Shown here: positions 58,733 to 64,000 of the stretch, one piece after another
How positions within the stretch are numbered: the first letter of the stretch is position 1
Layout: every line of letters begins with the position of its first letter
From: an uncultured Gammaproteobacteria bacterium
GTDB lineage: Bacteria; Patescibacteriota; Microgenomatia; UBA8517
Assembly: GCA_964427735.1 (NCBI GenBank)
Contig: CAYRUS010000001.1
Location: forward strand, 98,173 to 162,172
Direction: 5' to 3'
DNA length: 64,000 bases
Translations under genes and position numbers: made by a program
Notes under the pieces: generated by a model
What the model was told of the DNA's origin: nothing
What the model saw: only the letters and a program-made list of their open reading frames with translations
The model's database searches: none

Positions 58733-58833
58733 TACATGTCATTTTCACAAAATTTCACGTAAGTGTCAAGACTAATAATACCCGAAGGAAAATTTAACTT
58801 CTAAACAGTCAGATTACAAAAATTCGATTGAGG

Positions 58834-59559
58834 TTAATTAGAAGAAATCACGAAAATCCCACCAGAAGTTTGACCATCTATACTCTTCCAACTATTGTCA
58901 TCCCATCTCATTAAATTGAGGTCACCATTATAAGTTATCTGGGTTTCTTCTCCTGACACAAATATACCTGACAATTCAGATTCACCAGTAGGATCACCGG
59001 GTATTCCGATTGGATTAAACACAGTCACAAAAACATCTTCATCCACAGAAAACTTAATATTACCATCTAAGCTCGCAACTTCATCTACACCGTTAAAAAG
59101 CTTGAATTCTGTTGATACTCTAGAAATTAATTTTCCTCTCTCATCTCTAAAACTTAAAGTTAAATCTCCACCTTCTACACCTTCGTCATAGCGATAATTA
59201 CCAGAAGATTCTGAACCTAATAATAAATCTCTCTCAATAACTTTTGTATCATCTAACTGTACTGTTCCGGGAACACCTTGTGTACCACTATTTGAAACAT
59301 AAACCAGTTCATAATCAACGCTCTTTGCACTAAAATTCTTTTTAACTGGGTCTAATTTTTCTACAGTTAAATGCAGCCAATGTCCATCTTCTTTTGGAAC
59401 TAAGGTAACCACAGGTCTATCTTCTAACGGAATTTCAACTAGCTGTTCATCTGTGCTATTTGATCCACGACCCTTTGACAAAACCAGGAAGATTCCACCA
59501 AGAATAAAAATACCCAAGATTAGTAGAACAAACGGTAAATATTTTTTGTATTTATCCAT
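58834..59559 (-). CDS. membrane-anchored hypothetical protein (241 aa)
   Basis: It has an N-terminal TM helix (LPFVLLILGIFILGGIFLVL). Confidence 0.4.
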   Translation of the reverse strand: MDKYKKYLPFVLLILGIFILGGIFLVLSKGRGSNSTDEQLVEIPLEDRPVVTLVPKEDGHWLHLTVEKLDPVKKNFSAKSVDYELVYVSNSGTQGVPGTVQLDDTKVIERDLLLGSESSGNYRYDEGVEGGDLTLSFRDERGKLISRVSTEFKLFNGVDEVASLDGNIKFSVDEDVFVTVFNPIGIPGDPTGESELSGIFVSGEETQITYNGDLNLMRWDDNSWKSIDGQTSGGIFVISSN

Positions 59560-60919
59560 CTAAACTATTTTGAATGTAGGAAGAGATCTTGTCAATCGCA
59601 ACTCTTGTCTGTTTTGTTGTATCCCGATCTCTTATTGTAATAGTATCGTCCTCTAATGTATCGAAATCTATTGTAACTGTGTGCGGGGTTCCAATCTCAT
59701 CTTGGTAAAAATATCTCTTACCTATATTTCCTCTATCATCCCAAGCAATATTGTAATCTTTAGATAAGTTATCATAAATACCCCTGGCCTTATTTACCAG
59801 TTCTTCCTTGTTTGCAAGAAGAGGGAAAACTGCTGCTTTATATGGGGCAAGCTTTGAAGGAAGACTAAGAACTTTTCTATCACCCTCGTCTTTATATGCC
59901 CAATCCAAAACCATCATTAAGTTTCTATTGGGACCATATGTTGACTCAATCACATGTGGAATAAATTCTTCTCCAGTCTTAGTGTCTCTTACTGCTAACT
60001 TCTCTCCTGAATGCTTTTGATGCGTAGTAAGATCAAAATCCGTTCTGTAATGCAATCCACTTACTTCACCGAATCCAGTTGAAAACTTGTATTCATAGTC
60101 TTCTGCCTTTTTTGCATAATGTGCAAGTTTATCTGGATGATGTGGTTTCCATCTAAAATTATCTTTAGGAATCCCAAGAATTTCGTTGTACCACTTTTCC
60201 ACTTCATTTCTCCAGTCTTCAAAGGACTTTTCCCAATCACTCTCTTTTATGAAAAATTGAAGCTCCATTTGTTCAAATTCAAGTGTTCTGAAAATAAACT
60301 TTCCTTTTGTTATTTCATTCCTAAATGCTTTTCCTATCTGTGCAATTCCGAATGGAATATTAACTCTGGATGTCTGGTATACATTCCTGAACTGGACAAA
60401 CATACCTTGAGCAGTCTCTGGTCTTAAATAAATATCAGATCCACTACCTTCCGCGGCACCTAAACTTGTTTTAAACATTAAATTAAAATTTCTTACTTTA
60501 GTCCAATTAAAAGAGCCACAATTTGGACAGTGTATTTTGTTTTTAATTATTAATTCATTTAATTCTTCATTGTTAAGTTCATCTGGATTAATATCCTTGA
60601 CTTTTTCTTCCAATAAATGATCCGCTCTATAGCGGTTTTTACAAACTTTACAGTCAATAAGAGGATCATGAAATCCTTCAATATGTCCACTAGCTTCCCA
60701 AACTTTAGGGTGCATGAAGATTGCACTTTCTATACCAACTACATCAATTCTCTGGTGCACGAAAGTCTTCCACCATAAATTTTTAATGTTTTTCAAAAGC
60801 TCAACACCTAAAGGTCCATAATCATACACACTAGTCAGACCACCATATATTTCAGAAGAAGGATATACAAATCCTCTTCTTTTTGCTAAAGCTACGATTT
60901 CATCAAATTTGTTTGCCAT
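59552..60919 (-). CDS. glyQS: glycyl-tRNA synthetase (alpha2 dimeric class II type)
   Basis: The protein is 455 aa. GFVYPSSEIYGG...YDYGPLG is the GlyRS N-terminus. Confidence 0.9.
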   Translation of the reverse strand: MANKFDEIVALAKRRGFVYPSSEIYGGLTSVYDYGPLGVELLKNIKNLWWKTFVHQRIDVVGIESAIFMHPKVWEASGHIEGFHDPLIDCKVCKNRYRADHLLEEKVKDINPDELNNEELNELIIKNKIHCPNCGSFNWTKVRNFNLMFKTSLGAAEGSGSDIYLRPETAQGMFVQFRNVYQTSRVNIPFGIAQIGKAFRNEITKGKFIFRTLEFEQMELQFFIKESDWEKSFEDWRNEVEKWYNEILGIPKDNFRWKPHHPDKLAHYAKKAEDYEYKFSTGFGEVSGLHYRTDFDLTTHQKHSGEKLAVRDTKTGEEFIPHVIESTYGPNRNLMMVLDWAYKDEGDRKVLSLPSKLAPYKAAVFPLLANKEELVNKARGIYDNLSKDYNIAWDDRGNIGKRYFYQDEIGTPHTVTIDFDTLEDDTITIRDRDTTKQTRVAIDKISSYIQNSLDG

Positions 60920-60971
60920 TTTCTAAACTTAAATTATTATAAGCCTATACTTAGATAATTACATCTTCAAT

Positions 60972-61517
60972 TTAGGTTAAAACAGCTTTACCTACTCGTT
61001 GAGATGAAGGCTTCCTTTCCAAAATACTTTCAAGCAATTTATCCGGATCTTTCAGTTGTTTATTCTCCGGCCAAAAACCTTGCAAAACAAGTATGTTTCT
61101 AACGAATTCTTTTCTAAAATTAGCAAGATTTTTTGATGTGGCTAGTTTTTGAAAATACTCTCTTATAAACTCAAATAAGTCATTGGATTTGTCATCATCA
61201 CGAACAAGTGCATCCGAAATATCACAAAAATAATAGGCAACTGCTACTTTTTTTAGATCCTTTCGAATCTCTGGAAATGCATCAACAGTTGTTGCCTCTA
61301 ACATTACATCCATGGCTTTTGTTCGGTATCCGTAAAACTTTATCAAACTAAACAATTCCAATGAACCGCGTTTTCTACTTGAAGTTTTCCTCACATTTTT
61401 AGCTATAACAGTTATTTTTCCATAATCCTTTGTTAGAAGGGTTATAATTCTGTCTGCTTCTGAAAAATTTCTGCGTGATATTACTATTCCTTGTGTTGAG
61501 TATTTTTTTGGTCGCAC
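60972..61517 (-). CDS. recO: DNA repair protein RecO (compact form)
   Basis: GIVISRRNFSEADRIITLLTKDYGKI resembles the RecO N-terminal OB fold. It uses a GTG start. Confidence 0.55.
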   Translation of the reverse strand: MRPKKYSTQGIVISRRNFSEADRIITLLTKDYGKITVIAKNVRKTSSRKRGSLELFSLIKFYGYRTKAMDVMLEATTVDAFPEIRKDLKKVAVAYYFCDISDALVRDDDKSNDLFEFIREYFQKLATSKNLANFRKEFVRNILVLQGFWPENKQLKDPDKLLESILERKPSSQRVGKAVLT

Positions 61518-61524
61518 AGACCAA

Positions 61525-63525
61525 TTATAGCTTAATAATTAATTCTTTGTCTCTTTTTAGAGTAAATTCTTCTATTCTTCCATTTACATCAATCAAATGC
61601 AGTGGGCCATCGGTACCGGGTTGTTTTTGGATAAGTAGTTTATAATCTTTTTCAGCTTTAACTGGAATTTTATATGTAAGACTTACTTTAGAAACACCTT
61701 GAGGACGCAGCCTAAAATAACCTGCAAATACAGTTTTATCTAATTCTTCGTAAGGATCGACTTTTTCTTCAACACCAGTAAAATCTATTAACTCACTTCC
61801 TCTCGGAACATAAACTCTTACCCAATTTGGCAGAACAGAGTTTAACCATCCATCATGTTCCTTTGGGTTTTTATATGTAATAACCACAGTCTTTTCCATA
61901 CTTCCATCCTCAGAAATTGACAACTTCTGTTCTACTTCATGAGTTGCATAAAGATTAGATTTCCTCCCACCTAAATTAGCATTATTTATGTGCAAATAAT
62001 CACCATCATAATCTTTAATTGTTCCTGCGACACCAAATTTTTCAAACGCTTCTTGCTCGCCATTCTCCATCATGTAAAAGAGAATATGCTTTTCAAGCAT
62101 AGAAGAAAATCCAGCTTGCACAAGTTGAGGCAATTTTTCTTTTGGTTGTCCTAGAGTATTTGCCATAATAGAATTCATCAAAGGACCAATTATTCCTTTT
62201 CTATCCTCAGAATTTGGTGGTCTATAAACAATTTCTCCTGTATTTGGATCCCAAACGATAGGACCTTCCACGTCAGCAAAACTCTCAAGCTCATAAATAA
62301 CCTGTGGACAGTGACATTCTTCAACAATTTCAGTGCTAAAATTTCCAAATCCTGACACACCTATTGGTCCTATTACGTCAAGTATCTTAACCAGAACTTC
62401 AGTGTCAACTGCAATAACACCATCGATATCATCAATCCCTGCTAGCTCTGCCTCTCTTGTAAACAGATCCATACTCTCTTTAAAATCAGGAGACCAATTC
62501 ATATCTCTTAGTCTAAGGTTTGGAGACAAAACATAGGGACCTTTAATATATTTGATAATTGGTTCAGGGGCTTCTATTGTTGGCTCGTATTTTGAATCAA
62601 GATCATATATATCACTAGAATCAGAAGGGTTAAAGGTTGCTTTATTAACATTCATGATTGTATATGCTGTCATAAAACCACCTGTTGGTCTTAATTCTTT
62701 GTCATTTTGGAAAATAACTAAATAATTTCTTTCTCCATTCATACCCAAAATATCAGGAGCTTCAGATAATAATGGTGCTCCATTTGTAGTAAATAAAGTT
62801 ATGTCTTCCGAAAGCTGGAGCATTTTGGAAATTTCATTTCTAACATTAATGTCTGAAATTTTCTCTGGGTAATCGTACGGATCAATATGCTGAAGCTCTT
62901 TATTGGCAAACTGGACTTTTGATGAGATTTCTCCTATTTTGGGTTCTAGTTCTGGCAAACTATTCACAATAAAGTCCATTCTGTCTTTAGCTGTTTGTTG
63001 TCCGTCTTGTTCAACTTCAGAACCAGAATATCCAAAAACATCAGAGTACGGCTTAATTGCTTCCAATAAAACTTCTCCTGCCTCAAAACCATATTTTGCA
63101 GCAGTTAGTCCATGACCTAAATCATCTGAATATTTTCCTACAATGGGCACAAATTTCGTCCAGCTAATAATTTTATAAGCACCGGTCAATCTTTTTAGAC
63201 TTTCTTTTGTATTTGTCATTTCAACTTGAATTTGATCTATATTCTGAGTCTCAGCTGTAGCTGCCAAGACCTTTATCTGGTTCTTAAATGAGAGGGATGC
63301 AAATAGGAAATACAAAAATGGAGATATCAATAATAAAATTAATACACCAGATATTAAAATCAGTTTAAGATTTTTTTTGTTAGCTAATCTTGTCTTCCAG
63401 TTTGTTTTTATTTTTTCTGTCATGTTATTTTTAATTTCTGGAATTCTAAAAGCTCCACTTTCATTATCCTCTTGACTCAATGGCTCATCAGTATTTTCTA
63501 ATTCTATTCTCTTTATTTCACTCAT
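61525..63525 (-). CDS. large membrane-anchored extracytoplasmic protein (hypothetical; possibly DUF4012-like)
   Basis: The protein is 666 aa. One TM helix (LKLILISGVLILLLISPFLYFLF) follows an acidic N-terminus. It lies next to a sugar transferase. Confidence 0.35.
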   Translation of the reverse strand: MSEIKRIELENTDEPLSQEDNESGAFRIPEIKNNMTEKIKTNWKTRLANKKNLKLILISGVLILLLISPFLYFLFASLSFKNQIKVLAATAETQNIDQIQVEMTNTKESLKRLTGAYKIISWTKFVPIVGKYSDDLGHGLTAAKYGFEAGEVLLEAIKPYSDVFGYSGSEVEQDGQQTAKDRMDFIVNSLPELEPKIGEISSKVQFANKELQHIDPYDYPEKISDINVRNEISKMLQLSEDITLFTTNGAPLLSEAPDILGMNGERNYLVIFQNDKELRPTGGFMTAYTIMNVNKATFNPSDSSDIYDLDSKYEPTIEAPEPIIKYIKGPYVLSPNLRLRDMNWSPDFKESMDLFTREAELAGIDDIDGVIAVDTEVLVKILDVIGPIGVSGFGNFSTEIVEECHCPQVIYELESFADVEGPIVWDPNTGEIVYRPPNSEDRKGIIGPLMNSIMANTLGQPKEKLPQLVQAGFSSMLEKHILFYMMENGEQEAFEKFGVAGTIKDYDGDYLHINNANLGGRKSNLYATHEVEQKLSISEDGSMEKTVVITYKNPKEHDGWLNSVLPNWVRVYVPRGSELIDFTGVEEKVDPYEELDKTVFAGYFRLRPQGVSKVSLTYKIPVKAEKDYKLLIQKQPGTDGPLHLIDVNGRIEEFTLKRDKELIIKL

Positions 63526-63531
63526 TTTAGT

Positions 63532-64000
63532 TTAAACAGCTCCTTTACCACTTATCATTGTCCATGGTGTTTTAAGTAAAATCAAAATATCTAACAAAAT
63601 TGAGCTTTTACGAGCATAATATGCATCCATTTCAATTCTCTTGTCAAAGTTTACCTCACTTCTTCCTGTAACCTGCCAAAATCCGGTGATCCCTGGTTTT
63701 GATTGTAATGCCTCTTTTACTAATTTTTTAGTATGCGGATATTTTTTTTGTTGCTCTTTAAGTTCATCCGGAAAATAAGCTCTTGGTCCTACAATACTCA
63801 TTTCTCCCTTTAATACATTTATAAACTGAGGCATCTCGTCGATTGAATATTTTCTAATAAATTTACCTATTGGCGTTACTCTTGGATCATTGTTTAGTTT
63901 GTAACTGGAGTTTTTATATTCTTCGTAGAGCTTCTTGAACTTTGGATCAGTTCGAAGCTTGTCATGTGCATTCACAATCATAGATCGAAGCTTATACATC
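63532..64000 (-). CDS. polyprenyl glycosylphosphotransferase (bacterial sugar transferase; C-terminal part, gene runs off window end)
   Basis: KLRSM, DEMPQFINVLKGEMSIVGPR and KPGITGFWQV are the Bac_transf domain signatures. Confidence 0.8.
   Translation of the reverse strand, partial: MYKLRSMIVNAHDKLRTDPKFKKLYEEYKNSSYKLNNDPRVTPIGKFIRKYSIDEMPQFINVLKGEMSIVGPRAYFPDELKEQQKKYPHTKKLVKEALQSKPGITGFWQVTGRSEVNFDKRIEMDAYYARKSSILLDILILLKTPWTMISGKGAV

Noticed and set aside
1-64000. Alternative genetic code (UGA recoded as Gly, as in some CPR lineages)
   Set aside because: Large genes (dnaE 1162 aa, ileS 957 aa, clpB, ftsI) are intact in the standard code, and several genes terminate with TGA (gatC, murA).
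1-64000. CRISPR array, integrase, transposase or prophage genes
   Set aside because: No short regularly spaced repeats and no recombinase-like ORFs were found. The only notable repeats are the 26-bp direct pair at 19008 and 20233.

Overview
This is a low-GC (~33-35%, by eye), gene-dense bacterial chromosomal segment, mostly coded on the minus strand. Genes read intact in the standard code; UGA works as a stop. The content looks like a reduced-genome bacterium with a Gram-positive-like envelope, possibly Patescibacteria/CPR-like (inference only).

Two conserved core blocks flank a tRNA-bounded accessory block.

(i) 0-15 kb: yraN (partial), rplS, dnaE, gatB, an MFS transporter, gatA, gatC, a clpB lacking its N-domain with a CIRCE operator, htpX, lemA and a PolX polymerase.

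(ii) ~15.5-35 kb: an accessory region punctuated by four tRNAs (Asp-GTC, Gly-CCC, Thr-CGT, Val-CAC). It holds a processive PgaC/cellulose-synthase-like GT2 with a secreted hydrolase-like partner, orphan hypotheticals, a LysM protein, an FNR-like reductase, an Ig-like protein, and a surface-polysaccharide locus (O-antigen-ligase-like, Wzx flippase, three glycosyltransferases, a methyltransferase). It also encodes a secreted Kelch-propeller + C39-like peptidase fusion protein and a bis-heme ferric-reductase-like membrane protein.

(iii) 35-64 kb: lepB, parB, rpmA, rplU, a SEDS protein, type-2 ileS, then a complete division/cell-wall (dcw) cluster running ftsZ-ftsA-ftsQ-murG-ftsW-mraY-murF ... 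murE-like-murB-murA-ftsI-ftsL-rsmH-mraZ. This is followed by glyQS, recO, a large membrane protein and a truncated polyprenyl-glycosylphosphotransferase at the window edge.

Four points are most worth a second look. (1) Three signal-less cell-wall-peptidase-fold genes (VanY/M15-like, C39-like, NlpC/P60-like) plus small ORFs sit between murE and murF. They may form a cytoplasmic muropeptide-processing module. (2) murA and murB are each broken by a 1-nt deficit in an A/T homopolymer. (3) Perfect 26-bp direct repeats flank an orphan 341-aa gene. (4) Regulatory signals are visible directly in the sequence: CIRCE before clpB, a triple GTGG MraZ box before mraZ, and leader hairpins.

The ORF track treats TTG/GTG as Met. 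Several starts were therefore moved to in-frame ATGs with Shine-Dalgarno support where noted.
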